64,000 bases of DNA. Source: Pyrinomonadaceae bacterium (GTDB lineage Bacteria; Acidobacteriota; Blastocatellia; Pyrinomonadales; Pyrinomonadaceae). Position 1 is the stretch's first letter, and each line of letters begins with the position of its first letter. The stretch spans positions 384,001 to 448,000 of the forward strand of contig JBKBYA010000001.1 of NCBI GenBank assembly GCA_046313635.1, read 5' to 3'. The notes beneath the pieces were generated by a model. The model ran no database searches, was not told the origin of the DNA, and saw only the letters and a list, made by a program, of their open reading frames with translations. Position numbers and translations under genes: made by a program. Positions 31,590 through 41,929 of the stretch are shown one piece after another.

Positions 31590-32654
31590 TCAGCTCGCCA
31601 GCGCGAACTGTCTTAGCAGCGACGGCGGGTCAAAGCCGAAGTGCTTATAGGCCGCGGCGGTCGCCACGCGGCCGCGGCGCGTGCGATTGAGAAAGCCGAT
31701 CTGGATCAGATACGGCTCGATCATCTCCTCGATCGACTCGCGGTCTTCGCTGATCGACGCGGCGATCGTGCCGACGCCGACCGGGCCGCCGTCAAACTTT
31801 TCGATGATCGCGAGCAGCAGCCTGCGGTCTATCTCGTCGAGCCCAAAGCGGTCGACCTCCATCGCATCGAGCGCGCTCCTTGTCAACGCGCCGCTGACGC
31901 GGCCGTTGCCGATGATCTCCGCGTAATCGCGTACGCGGCGAAGCAGGCGGTTGGCGATACGCGGCGTGCCGCGTGCGCGCCTGGCGAGCTCTTCCGCTCC
32001 TGGGGGCTCGATCTCGACGCCGAGGATCTCGGCCGAGCGGCGAATGATGACCTCGAGATCTCTCTGCGGGTAAAAGTCGAGATGAGCGACAATGCCAAAT
32101 CGCCCGCGGAGCGGCGCCGAGATCTGCCCGGCCCGAGTCGTCGCGCCGACGAGCGTGAATTTGGGCAGGTCGATCTTCAGCGTCCGCGCGGCCGTACCCT
32201 GGCCAATGACGATGTCGAGCTGAAAGTCCTCCATCGCGGGATAAAGTATCTCCTCGATAGCCGGCCGCAGCCGGTGGATCTCGTCGACAAAGAGCACGTC
32301 GCCCTCCTCGAGATTGGTCAGGATCGCGGCGAGGTCGCCCGCCTTCTCGATCGCCGGCGCGTGTATGGTCTTGAGGCTCGCGCCGAGCTCATTTGCGATG
32401 ATCACGGCGAGACTCGTCTTGCCGAGCCCCGGCGGGCCGAAGAGCAGGACGTGGTCCATCGCCTCGGCGCGCCTGAGCGCGGCCTTTAGAAATATCTTGA
32501 GATTGTTGACGACGCTCTGCTGGCCGATGTACTCGTCCAGGACTCGCGGGCGCAGGCTCGGCTCGGCCTGCACGTCCTCGATCGTCGCCTTTCCGATCTT
32601 GATAGCGGAGCCGCCGTCAGCGGGCTCCGGTGTTGGGATCAATTCGAGAGTCAT
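31590..32654 (-). CDS. ruvB: Holliday junction branch migration helicase
   Basis: [36 protein letters not shown]. Confidence 0.98.
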   Translation of the reverse strand: MTLELIPTPEPADGGSAIKIGKATIEDVQAEPSLRPRVLDEYIGQQSVVNNLKIFLKAALRRAEAMDHVLLFGPPGLGKTSLAVIIANELGASLKTIHAPAIEKAGDLAAILTNLEEGDVLFVDEIHRLRPAIEEILYPAMEDFQLDIVIGQGTAARTLKIDLPKFTLVGATTRAGQISAPLRGRFGIVAHLDFYPQRDLEVIIRRSAEILGVEIEPPGAEELARRARGTPRIANRLLRRVRDYAEIIGNGRVSGALTRSALDAMEVDRFGLDEIDRRLLLAIIEKFDGGPVGVGTIAASISEDRESIEEMIEPYLIQIGFLNRTRRGRVATAAAYKHFGFDPPSLLRQFALAS

Positions 32655-32738
32655 TGTTTGGGATTCCTGTATTCAAAAAAATGACAAAGCCGCAAGCTTG
32701 GCGTCGGGCGCCGCTGCGGCTAATAATAGGCGACGCGC

Positions 32739-33278
32739 TTACGCCGCCTGCTTCAGCTCTTCGCTTTGTTCGATCTGATCGTCCGCGACTCGGACGACCG
32801 GCATCGACTGCGGCCGTGTCGTCTCGACGAGCGGTGTGCTCAGCTTGCCGACGAGCCAGCGTCGATAGATCTCGGCCTCCTCGAGCTTGCCCGTCCAGCG
32901 TGCTCGGTCGAGCATCGTCAGCGCGAGCTCGAGCGTGTGGTGCTGGCCCGCGCGGTCCTGGACGCGGTCAAAATATCGATAGCCATTCTCGAGCACCTCG
33001 ACGCCGCGTTTCGACGTCTCGACATCCTTGAAGCCGAGCTTTCCGCGGAAGTGCTTCGAGTAAATGTTCATCGGATAGTTCGTCGACGTGTACAGATCGA
33101 AGTAGTTGTCGACGAGGCCTTCCTTTTGAAGTACCGACCCGACGTAGCTCGGTTTGGCGCCCGAGATGGCGGCGATCATCTCGATCTCATGCACGCCCGA
33201 ACGGTACAGCGAGAGGATCATGTCCTTTTTTGTCCGGAGCGTTTCTTTCTCTCTTGCTTGTTCAAAATTCGTCTGCAT
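32739..33278 (-). CDS. Hypothetical protein, possible N-terminal HTH
   Basis: GAGGAAG RBS; natural composition; IEMIAAISGAKPSYVGSVL resembles an HTH. Confidence 0.75.
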   Translation of the reverse strand: MQTNFEQAREKETLRTKKDMILSLYRSGVHEIEMIAAISGAKPSYVGSVLQKEGLVDNYFDLYTSTNYPMNIYSKHFRGKLGFKDVETSKRGVEVLENGYRYFDRVQDRAGQHHTLELALTMLDRARWTGKLEEAEIYRRWLVGKLSTPLVETTRPQSMPVVRVADDQIEQSEELKQAA

Positions 33279-33449
33279 TTCTTCTTCCTCAACCAACGAA
33301 ATTTTGATGTTTCACGTATGAAACACGTTGCAAAAAATCCCCGGGTTCCAACGTCAATGCGGCCTCGCAAATCCCGATCTTGCACCAGTTGCAGAGCGAC
33401 GAAAAAGAATTTGAAAGTTTGTGCGCAGCGTGTCGGCTATACTGGAAAA

Positions 33450-34538
33450 ATGACGAGCACGGGCAGGGTGGCAAAGCGGGTCTCGGGGCCTATCTTCGAC
33501 GTTCAGAGAGCGCGGCAGACGGTCGAAAAAGGCCGGCGGGCGAAGTGGTGGCGGCGGCGCGGTTCAAAGTCGAAGGGCTTTTTTTATGTCGACGCCGGCG
33601 GCCGGCGCGTCACCGACAAAGCGTCGCTCGAGCGGATCGCACAGCTCGTCATACCGCCGGCCTGGCGATGCGTCCGCGTCTCGCCGCACGCGAGCAGCAG
33701 CCTGCAGGCCGTCGGCATCGATACTACGGGCCGAGTGCAGTACAAATACCATCCGAAGTTCTCGGAAAAGCAGCAGCGCAAGAAATTTTCCAAGATCGTC
33801 GAATTTGGCCGGCGCCTGCCGCGGCTCCGCGCGGTCACCAACGAGCACATCGCGACCGAAGGCCTTTCGCGCGAAAAGGTCCTCGCGATAATGATGCGCC
33901 TGATCAATTCGCTCTACATTCGGGTCGGCACCGACAAGAGCGTCCGGCACTACCGGACGTACGGGATCACGACGCTGGCCAACCGCCATCTTACGATCGA
34001 GCGCGGCGGCGTGCTCGTCTTTGAATTCGTCGGCAAGAGCCATATCAAGCACCGCAAGGTGATGGTCGACGAAGATCTCGCGGCGGCGATGCTCGAGTTG
34101 AAGGATGTCGGTCCGGCAAAGAAGCTCTTTCACTATCTCGACGACGAGGGCAAGCCGCGTGCGGTATGCCCGGCCGACGTTAATCGGTATATCAAGGAAG
34201 CGGCGGGGCCGGAATTTTCGGCAAAGGATTTCAGGACGTGGGGCGGGACGCTGCTCGCGGCCGTACGCCTCGCAGAGATCGGCAAGGCCGGCGACGAAAG
34301 GCTCGCAAAAAAGAATCTGGTCCGCGCGATCAAGGATGTCGCCGAGCAGCTCGGCAATACGCCGACGGTCTGCCGCAGTTCGTACATTCACCCGGACGTG
34401 ATCGCGGCGTACGAACGCGGTGTCACGATCGACGATTTTCGCCCGCGCCAGTCGCGCCGCATTCGCCGCATCGAGTCGGACTACGAGCCGGAAGAGAAGG
34501 CTCTGTTGAGGATGCTCGAGTCGGCTGACGCAAAATAA
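33450..34538 (+). CDS. Bacterial DNA topoisomerase IB
   Basis: IPPAW, GRVQYKY, IRVG, FVGK, KDFRTW, LGNTPTVCRSSYIHP. Confidence 0.95.
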   Translation: MTSTGRVAKRVSGPIFDVQRARQTVEKGRRAKWWRRRGSKSKGFFYVDAGGRRVTDKASLERIAQLVIPPAWRCVRVSPHASSSLQAVGIDTTGRVQYKYHPKFSEKQQRKKFSKIVEFGRRLPRLRAVTNEHIATEGLSREKVLAIMMRLINSLYIRVGTDKSVRHYRTYGITTLANRHLTIERGGVLVFEFVGKSHIKHRKVMVDEDLAAAMLELKDVGPAKKLFHYLDDEGKPRAVCPADVNRYIKEAAGPEFSAKDFRTWGGTLLAAVRLAEIGKAGDERLAKKNLVRAIKDVAEQLGNTPTVCRSSYIHPDVIAAYERGVTIDDFRPRQSRRIRRIESDYEPEEKALLRMLESADAK

Positions 34539-34539
34539 A

Positions 34540-34566
34540 AGAGCGGCCCGATCAAGGGCCGCTCTG
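34540..34566. terminator. Terminator hairpin between convergent genes
   Basis: AGAGCGGCCC-N6-GGGCCGCTCT preceded by an A run. Confidence 0.75.
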
Positions 34567-34586
34567 TCTTATTGATCGCTCGTCTT

Positions 34587-36554
34587 CTACTTTCTGATCA
34601 GCACGACCGGCGCCTGCTCGGCGTCGAGCATCTTTGCAAAGAAATCCTTAACGATCGAATACTTCTCGGCCGGTATCAGATCGCGTCGGGTCGTGATCTG
34701 CCGCGTGAAGATCAGCTTGCCGTCCTTGTGCGTGTACGATGTCGTGTACTTGCCAAAGCTCGTTTCGATATTCACCGGCTCCGGCATCTCGTCGACGACG
34801 AAGCCCGCGGGCAGCGTGAATGTCACGGTCTCGCGCATCATGCTCGAATCGAGTTCGATCGGGTTGGAGCGCTTCGGCTCGGTCAGCACGACGCCCGAGC
34901 GGCGGCCGACGATCACGGGTTTGAAGACGAGCAGGCGATTTTGCATCAACTGGCCGTAGCGCGGTGCCGAGAATTCGACGTCGAGATCGAATGCCGCATC
35001 CGCGTGGCGATCCTTCGGCGTGTAGTTGACGAGCTGCGCTCCGGTCGCTCCGCGCGTCAGCCAGCCCTCGAGAGCCCGCTTGTAATCGGCCGACGAGAGT
35101 TCGCGGATCTCGCGGCGAAACATCGTCGACGTCTGGCCGACCGCGCGTTCCTGGATCTTGCCCTTGAGCTCTCCGGTATCGCTGAGATCGACGTCGATCT
35201 TCCGGTCGAGAATGTCGGCCTCGGGCGGCACGACCGGCATCTGGAAAAGGCCCCCGAGGTCGCCGCCGATGATCAGGCCGTAGCTGCCCTGAAGGTAGTC
35301 GGGGAGATCGCCGACCGGCGTAAAGGCGTCGGTCGCGTCAAAGATCAGCAGGCGGCCGAGCTTTGGGTGCTCGATGGTGGTCGGCGTCTTGGTCGCGTCG
35401 CTTACTTTTACGGCGATGATGCAGTGGTTGAATTGCCGCGGCGACGCCCATTCGGCCCGGACAAACGTTCGGTCACCCGAAAAGATCGCGATCGGGTACG
35501 CCTCGATCTTGAGCGCCCTTAGCATCGCGCGCATCAAATTCGCCTTGTCCTTGCAGTCGCCGTAGCCGCGGCTGAGGACGAGCGTCGAAGGCCGCGGCTT
35601 GTAGCCGTTGCCGTGGCCGACGCCGATGTCGATCGAGATGTACTGCAGGTTTTGAACAAAGGTGCCGATCGCTCGGATCTTGTCGAGCTCGGTCGCGGCG
35701 TTCGCGGTCAGCTCGCGGGCCTTGGCGGCGACATTGTCGTCGACGACGACCTGCGGGTCGTGCATCGCCGTCGCCCAGCGCGACACGTCCTCCCAGTTGG
35801 CGAAAGCGCGGTTGACGATATTCTGGCCCGACTCGGGTGCGTAGTTGACCGCGATCCGCGGCGAGAGATTATTCCATGACGGGCTGAGCGGCTCGTCCTT
35901 GATCGCGTCGAGGCCGCGCATCTCCCAGGTGTATGTATTGCCGTTGACGGTCGGTTTGATGTCGGGCGCGTTAAAGGTGACGCTCGACGCCCTCCATCCG
36001 GCGGGCAAAGTAAGCGAATAACGAGAGACCGCGACGGGAAGATTGGTCTGAAAGCCCCACGAGTCCTGATAGAAAAGCGGCGTATCTTCTGAGACGATCG
36101 TGTAGCCAAAGACGTATCCCGGCTCGACGTCGTTGATCGCGTCGATGACCTTGATGCGTCCCTCGTCGTACACGTCGTCCGGGTCGGATATGACATCGAC
36201 GACCGTTTTCTTGTCGTAGTTCTTGGTCGTGCCGTCGGGGCGGATCAGCCAGCCGTTGATCTCGCGAATGCGGCCCGAGCTGACAAGGTAGAAGGCACGT
36301 GCGAGGGCGTAGCGGCGCCCCTCTTTGTTGAGTATCCTGACGGCAAAATTCTCGACCGTGACGAGCCGGCCGTCCGAGCCGAGCGTGACCTGCTGCTCGT
36401 CGAGCAGAACGGCCGCCTCGGTCTTGGCATCGTACGCGGGCAGTTTCACCGACGCCGCCTGCCGCATCCATGACGGCGGATCGTCGGCGAGCGCCGCGAA
36501 GGTGAGTATGAGAGTGATGGCCAGAGCGGCCGCGGTCCTGGGTGTTGTGAACAT
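34587..36554 (-). CDS. DUF3857 / transglutaminase-like secreted protein (catalytic Cys present)
   Basis: GYGDCKDKA, FNHCI, FDAT motifs. Confidence 0.88.
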   Translation of the reverse strand: MFTTPRTAAALAITLILTFAALADDPPSWMRQAASVKLPAYDAKTEAAVLLDEQQVTLGSDGRLVTVENFAVRILNKEGRRYALARAFYLVSSGRIREINGWLIRPDGTTKNYDKKTVVDVISDPDDVYDEGRIKVIDAINDVEPGYVFGYTIVSEDTPLFYQDSWGFQTNLPVAVSRYSLTLPAGWRASSVTFNAPDIKPTVNGNTYTWEMRGLDAIKDEPLSPSWNNLSPRIAVNYAPESGQNIVNRAFANWEDVSRWATAMHDPQVVVDDNVAAKARELTANAATELDKIRAIGTFVQNLQYISIDIGVGHGNGYKPRPSTLVLSRGYGDCKDKANLMRAMLRALKIEAYPIAIFSGDRTFVRAEWASPRQFNHCIIAVKVSDATKTPTTIEHPKLGRLLIFDATDAFTPVGDLPDYLQGSYGLIIGGDLGGLFQMPVVPPEADILDRKIDVDLSDTGELKGKIQERAVGQTSTMFRREIRELSSADYKRALEGWLTRGATGAQLVNYTPKDRHADAAFDLDVEFSAPRYGQLMQNRLLVFKPVIVGRRSGVVLTEPKRSNPIELDSSMMRETVTFTLPAGFVVDEMPEPVNIETSFGKYTTSYTHKDGKLIFTRQITTRRDLIPAEKYSIVKDFFAKMLDAEQAPVVLIRK

Positions 36555-36584
36555 ATTTACCTCAATGTCGTTCCCGGCCGCCGA

Positions 36585-36722
36585 TCAACGCGCCGGAACT
36601 GTGGAAGTCGTCGACTGCTTCAGCGATATCGCGTGCGTGTCGGCCCTGTGAAAGCTGTCAAAGAGGCTCTTCAGCGCCAGGTACGTGCCTACGGGGAAGA
36701 GAGTCGCGCTGCGGACCTTCAT
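36585..36722 (-). pseudogene. 45-aa internally deleted DUF3857 paralogue
   Basis: MKVRS-ATLFPVGTYLALKSLFDSFHRADTHAISLKQ... matches the C-terminus of the upstream gene (YRPLKSLFDAFHKSNTHAVTLKQ); GAGG RBS. Confidence 0.8.
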
Positions 36723-36776
36723 TATTGCCTCATCGGAGGGACGGGCCGGCCTCGCTCGGCGACGACCGGCCCGACC

Positions 36777-38744
36777 TTAGTTCTGCTTTAACGTGACGGC
36801 GTGCGTATTCGATTTGTGAAAGGCGTCAAACAGCGACTTTAGCGGCCGGTAGGTTTCGACGCCGAAATACGTCTTGCCCGCCCCGCCGAAAAAGAAGTTG
36901 CGGCGGTAAAGCAGCGTATTGGTCGTTTGGTCGATCGACAGCTTGAACTGTAGATTGCTGATGCCGTTGGCGTCCTGTACGGGCTCCGGCGAGTCGGCAT
37001 TGTCGAGCTGGAATCCCGCGGGAAGCTGGATCGAGATCTCGTCATCCTCCGACCAGGGGAAGTGAAAAAAGATCGGGTACTTTCGCGTCGCGGTGGTGAA
37101 CATCGGCGTCGACCCGTACTCAAAAAAACCGGGCTGCAGGAAGAGCCGCTTGCCCGTCCTCTGCGCATAGCTCGGCACCCGAACCTTGAACTGATAGACG
37201 AACGGTTTTTCAGGGTCGTCGACGTTCTCGATGCTGATATCGGTGATCTCGGCCGTGCTGATCCGCTTTTTGATCTCGTCCTTTAGGTCCTCTTGCCGCT
37301 TGTTGGGCGAGCTCTTGTAGTTATTGAGCTTCAGCTCATTGGCGAGCTGGCCGGTGTATTCCATCCTCACCGTGCCCTCGAGCGTACCGTCCTCGAGCAA
37401 TTTGAATTTGCCGGTGCGCTTTGCCAGCGACCGCTCGTGGCTCGTGTAGCCGGTCTCGGTCGTCACAAAGTCTTTGTAGCCGAGCAGCAGGACGGAGGTG
37501 TCCTCCTCATTCCACGCGAGCATGCCGTAGGGCACGAACTTGTCTCCCGGCGAAAAATACTGCCAGCGGCCGTCGACCTTGACCGCCGCCGCCGCGAAGT
37601 GAATGAACGACTCGTGCGCCTGCGACGGGTTGAAGAACTTTTCGCTGCGATCGCCGCTGAAGGCAAGGCGGGCCTCAAAACCGAGGGCGGTCGCGAGCGA
37701 TGCGAAGAGCTCGTTGATCTCGCTGGCCGTCCCCTGCAGGTTCTTGTAGGTATCAGAAACCGACTTTGCGGGCTTGATCTCTTCGCGCTGGTCGTCGGTC
37801 AGCTGCGGATCGTATGTGACGTTCTTGACCTTTGTCTTGCAAAACTCAAAGAGCCTGGCAAGTTTCTCCTCCGGCGTCGCGGCCCCGGCGGCGATCTGCG
37901 CGGCCGCTGCCTTGATGTCCTTGCCCGGTTTAAGTGTGTCTTTGATGTCAAAGACCTCGACGAGCCATCCGCCGGCGCGCGACCAGAAGTTCATCGCCGT
38001 GTCGTTCTTGCGGATGCGGTCGTAGTACAGAAGCATCCATGAGCGGACCTCGTCCTCGGGCGGCATATTCGGCTCGGACTTAAGTGCCGGGAGGTTCTCC
38101 ATCGTCGCCCGGTAAAATCCGTTCTTGTCCTTGACGAACTTGTTGTCCGCCATGTTAAAGCTCAAAAACTTTGCATCCTGATAGGGGCGGAAGTAATACG
38201 AGATAGACCGGATCGGCACGTCGTGCTGGAAGAGCATCCGCATATTGTTGGCCGACGAGTTCTGCTGGACCTCCTGGTATCGGTATTCAACGATCGAGCC
38301 CGGGTCGACGGCCGGGACCGCGAAAGACTTTGCCTTGACCTTGCTCTTGTCGGTCTTTGCGATCTCGCGGTCGAAGACGTCAGCTTTGGCGACGTCGGCG
38401 ATCGTGCCGTCGGCCTTGATCACCCGAGCGTTGATGTCCTTGATCTTGGTGCGTGACGAATACGGTATGTCGATCTTGCTGTATTTTTCACGGCCGCGCT
38501 CGTTAAAGACCTTGACCCTGATGTAGTGCTTCATTACCAGGTTTTGCGGGTCGGCGTCGTCGACGCGAACCTCCCAGAAGAGCACTTCGGCATCGGCGTC
38601 CGGTTCGACGATCGGAGTTTTGGACTGCAGGTCGGCCGAGTCGACCGGGCGCCAGTCCTTGTCCTGGGCCGAGGCGCCGACCACGGTCAAAAAGACAACA
38701 AGCGAGATCGTGGCAAAGACGTTCCAGCGGGCGAGAGAATTCAT
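36777..38744 (-). CDS. DUF3857 / transglutaminase-like secreted protein (no catalytic Cys)
   Basis: Same architecture as its neighbour; GTASEIN replaces GDCKDK. Confidence 0.85.
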   Translation of the reverse strand: MNSLARWNVFATISLVVFLTVVGASAQDKDWRPVDSADLQSKTPIVEPDADAEVLFWEVRVDDADPQNLVMKHYIRVKVFNERGREKYSKIDIPYSSRTKIKDINARVIKADGTIADVAKADVFDREIAKTDKSKVKAKSFAVPAVDPGSIVEYRYQEVQQNSSANNMRMLFQHDVPIRSISYYFRPYQDAKFLSFNMADNKFVKDKNGFYRATMENLPALKSEPNMPPEDEVRSWMLLYYDRIRKNDTAMNFWSRAGGWLVEVFDIKDTLKPGKDIKAAAAQIAAGAATPEEKLARLFEFCKTKVKNVTYDPQLTDDQREEIKPAKSVSDTYKNLQGTASEINELFASLATALGFEARLAFSGDRSEKFFNPSQAHESFIHFAAAAVKVDGRWQYFSPGDKFVPYGMLAWNEEDTSVLLLGYKDFVTTETGYTSHERSLAKRTGKFKLLEDGTLEGTVRMEYTGQLANELKLNNYKSSPNKRQEDLKDEIKKRISTAEITDISIENVDDPEKPFVYQFKVRVPSYAQRTGKRLFLQPGFFEYGSTPMFTTATRKYPIFFHFPWSEDDEISIQLPAGFQLDNADSPEPVQDANGISNLQFKLSIDQTTNTLLYRRNFFFGGAGKTYFGVETYRPLKSLFDAFHKSNTHAVTLKQN

Positions 38745-38935
38745 ACTTACCTCAAATTGATTTTTTATCGGTATCCGAAGTGAGAGACTGGTCCGGAACA
38801 GGAGCGTGGTCGACGGCTTCGGGTGATTCTACCGGTCATTCTATTGCGGTCTGCACGGATGACGTGCGTATTCTACAGGACATTTCTGCAGGGGCGCAAT
38901 AACTTTCGGGCATTCAGGGCGGGAGCGGATCGCTG

Positions 38936-38944
38936 TGGTATAAT
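38936..38944 (+). promoter_or_regulatory. Extended -10 promoter
   Basis: TG-G-TATAAT ending 52 bp upstream of the fbaB start. Confidence 0.65.
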
Positions 38945-38996
38945 CTCGGGTTTTCAGGCACTTAACAAAAATTATCCATTCGATCAGGAGATACAG

Positions 38997-40073
38997 ATGG
39001 CAATTGACTTCACTAAGATCCAGGAACTCCTGGGCGGCGAGGCCGAGACCCTGCTCGGGCACGTCTCCAGGACGATCCCAAAGGAGAATCTGCACCTTCC
39101 GGGCGGCGATTTTGTCGACCGTGTCTGGAAGGATTCCGACCGCAGCCCGGCCGTGCTGCGAAGCCTGCAGTCGCTGTACGACCACGGCCGTTTGGCCGGC
39201 ACCGGCTATATGTCGATCCTGCCGGTCGATCAGGGCATCGAGCACTCGGCGGGCGCGTCGTTTGCGCCGAATCCGGAATATTTCGATCCCGAGAATATCG
39301 TCAAGCTCGCGATCGAGGGCGGCTGCAACGGCGTCGCTTCGACCTTCGGCGTACTCGGCTCGGTCGCACGCAAATACGCGCACAAGATCCCTTTTATCGT
39401 AAAGATCAATCACAACGAGCTGCTGACCTATCCGAATAAATTCGACCAGGTGATGTTCGGTACGATCGACCAGGCCCGCAATCTCGGGGCGGTCGCGGTC
39501 GGGGCGACGATCTACTTCGGCTCTGACGAGTCGACGCGTCAGATCGTCGAGGTCGCCGAGGCCTTTGCCTACGCACACGAGCTCGGGATGGCGACGATCC
39601 TTTGGTGTTACCTGCGCAACTCAAAGTTCAAGACCAAAGAGGGCGATATGCACACCGCCGCCGACCTTACCGGACAGGCCAATCACCTCGGCGTCACGAT
39701 CCAGGCCGACATCATCAAGCAAAAGCTGCCCGAGCGGAACGGCGGCTATAACGTGCTCGGCCTCGAGAGCTCGTACGGCAAGACCAACCCCAAGATCTAC
39801 TCCGAGCTGACGAGCGACAACCCGATCGACCTCGTTCGCTACCAGGTCGCGAACTGCTTTATGGGCCGCTGCGGTCTGATCAATTCGGGCGGCGAATCGA
39901 AGGGCTCGGGCGATCTCGCCGACGCCGTTCGCACGGCTGTCGTCAACAAGCGCGGCGGCGGATCGGGCCTCATCTCGGGACGCAAGGCGTTTCAGCGCCC
40001 GATGGCGGAGGGCGTCGAGCTGCTCAACGCTATTCAGGACGTCTATCTTTCAAAAGAAGTGACGATAGCGTAA
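38997..40073 (+). CDS. fbaB: Class I fructose-bisphosphate aldolase (DhnA type)
   Basis: [37 protein letters not shown]. Confidence 0.96.
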   Translation: MAIDFTKIQELLGGEAETLLGHVSRTIPKENLHLPGGDFVDRVWKDSDRSPAVLRSLQSLYDHGRLAGTGYMSILPVDQGIEHSAGASFAPNPEYFDPENIVKLAIEGGCNGVASTFGVLGSVARKYAHKIPFIVKINHNELLTYPNKFDQVMFGTIDQARNLGAVAVGATIYFGSDESTRQIVEVAEAFAYAHELGMATILWCYLRNSKFKTKEGDMHTAADLTGQANHLGVTIQADIIKQKLPERNGGYNVLGLESSYGKTNPKIYSELTSDNPIDLVRYQVANCFMGRCGLINSGGESKGSGDLADAVRTAVVNKRGGGSGLISGRKAFQRPMAEGVELLNAIQDVYLSKEVTIA

Positions 40074-40149
40074 GGTCCCATCCGAAACGGCGGGGCCGGC
40101 ACGTCAGCGGCGCGGGCCCCGCATCTCAAGCTCCAACCCGGCAAGAGCT

Positions 40150-41922
40150 ATGACAACCCGAACGTCACGGAAAGCGGTGCTCCTCCCGCTGGCCGTCATC
40201 GTGCTCCTCGCGCTCTATCCGCAGATGGCCCTGTGGCTCGTGCGCGGCAGCTCGTGGAGCGGTGCGTACGCCGCGTCGAATTACGATGAGGCGGCGTATT
40301 CGGCGTACCTCAACTCGCAGGTCCACGGTCGACCGCGAAAGTACGATCCCTTTCTCGCACGTCCGACAGAGCACGAATCGCTATATTCGGTCCAGATGGT
40401 CCCGGCCGAGGTCATCGCAGCACCGGCGGCCGTGTTCGGGCTGTCGACATCGACGACCTTCATTCTTCTCAGTGCGGCGATCGCGGTAGCATCGGCGCTG
40501 TGCGTCTTTGCATTTCTGCGAATGGCGACCGACAGCGACGCGGCGTCGGCGGCCGGCACGCTGGCCGTGCTTTGTATGGGTACGGCCGTCGCCTTTCAGG
40601 GCGAACTGCGGCAGCTTGCCCTCGGCTCGGTGCTGATCGACTATCTGCCGTTTATGCGCCGGTACCAGCCGGGCTTCGGGTTTCCGCTTTTCTTTTTGTT
40701 CTGCGCGGCCGTGTGGCGGTCGGTCTCGACAGATGATGTGACGCGGCGCCGAATGCTGGGCATTGGAGCGGGAGCGCTCTTTGCCGTGCTGGTCTTTACA
40801 TACTTCTTTCTTTGGACGGCGGCCGCGGCCTGGCTCGCGTGCTTTGCGATGGTGAGTCTCGCGCTCGACCGCGGCAGTTTTAGACGCATCGCCGAGTCGA
40901 TCGCGCCGGTCGCGATTTTTGGCGCGGCGACACTCCTTCCGTATTTTTGGATGCTTGCCGACCGTTCGCCCGAGACCGACACGATCACGCTCCTGACCCG
41001 CACTCGTATGCCGGAATTGCTCTCACTGGTGATGCTTGCGGGCCTCGCCGCTGCGGCAGCCGCCGTGATCGCCGCTCGATACGGCAAGGTCGAACTTCGC
41101 AGCCCGTCGATCGTGCTCGTCCTTTCGCTCGGCATCACGCCCGCCATTCTGCTCAATCAGCAGATCGTTACCGGCCGCTCGCTGCAGCCGGTGCACTACG
41201 AGATCTTTATCGGGAACTATTTGGTCGTCGCCGCTCTCGTCATTTTTGCCCGCCAGTCCGCAGGCGGGCGATTCGACGGGAAGATCGCTCTTTATGTCGG
41301 CTTGATCGCGGCCGGCTGGGGCCTTGTCGAGGCCGCCGGCTCGACCGGCCGCAACGCCGAGGCAAATTTGATCCGCGACGCATCGGCGCCGGCGATCGAG
41401 TATATCGACGCGAGGGCTGCCGAACGCGGCCGCCCGGCCGTCGTGCACGCGACAAACTTCTTGACCGCCGACATCATTCCGACCTTTGCCGCGAACGCCC
41501 GGCCGCTGTGGAGCATTCATCTCGACACCGCGGGCAGCGTGTCCCCGGCCGAGAACAAACGGCTTTTTTACCTGTATATGTATTACTCCGGCTTTGACGA
41601 GAAGGACCTCGAGCGGGCACTCGCGGAGAATTCTTTCGAGGTGACGGCCGTGATATTCGGCACCGGACGCGCGCTGCCGTCGCTTGGCCAAGGTGCAGCC
41701 GCGGTAAGGGCGGCGGAGATAAGAAACGAGGTCGCGAAGTACGCTGAATTCATACGCTCATTCGACGCACGCGGTGCCGCCGAACCGGTCCTCGATCACA
41801 TCATCGTCCCCGCTGATGCCGAGCCAGACCTGTCGAGGCTGGACCGATGGTACGAGAGAGTCGAAGGGCGGACCTTCGGTCTTTTCAGGGTCTATGAGCT
41901 GAAGCCGCGGTCCGCCCGATAG
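40150..41922 (+). CDS. Polytopic membrane protein, possibly a GT-C-type glycosyltransferase
   Basis: About 11 hydrophobic segments, DE motif in the first loop, soluble C-terminus. Confidence 0.6.
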   Translation: MTTRTSRKAVLLPLAVIVLLALYPQMALWLVRGSSWSGAYAASNYDEAAYSAYLNSQVHGRPRKYDPFLARPTEHESLYSVQMVPAEVIAAPAAVFGLSTSTTFILLSAAIAVASALCVFAFLRMATDSDAASAAGTLAVLCMGTAVAFQGELRQLALGSVLIDYLPFMRRYQPGFGFPLFFLFCAAVWRSVSTDDVTRRRMLGIGAGALFAVLVFTYFFLWTAAAAWLACFAMVSLALDRGSFRRIAESIAPVAIFGAATLLPYFWMLADRSPETDTITLLTRTRMPELLSLVMLAGLAAAAAAVIAARYGKVELRSPSIVLVLSLGITPAILLNQQIVTGRSLQPVHYEIFIGNYLVVAALVIFARQSAGGRFDGKIALYVGLIAAGWGLVEAAGSTGRNAEANLIRDASAPAIEYIDARAAERGRPAVVHATNFLTADIIPTFAANARPLWSIHLDTAGSVSPAENKRLFYLYMYYSGFDEKDLERALAENSFEVTAVIFGTGRALPSLGQGAAAVRAAEIRNEVAKYAEFIRSFDARGAAEPVLDHIIVPADAEPDLSRLDRWYERVEGRTFGLFRVYELKPRSAR

Positions 41923-41929
41923 GCGATCG

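Noticed and set aside
32766..33449. 590-aa version of topoisomerase IB
   Set aside because: The extension overlaps a credible opposite-strand gene; topoisomerase motifs start after 33450, which has its own -10 element.
33450..34538. Prophage or integrase interpretation of the tyrosine-active-site enzyme
   Set aside because: Motifs are those of TopIB; no att sites, tRNA or phage genes nearby.
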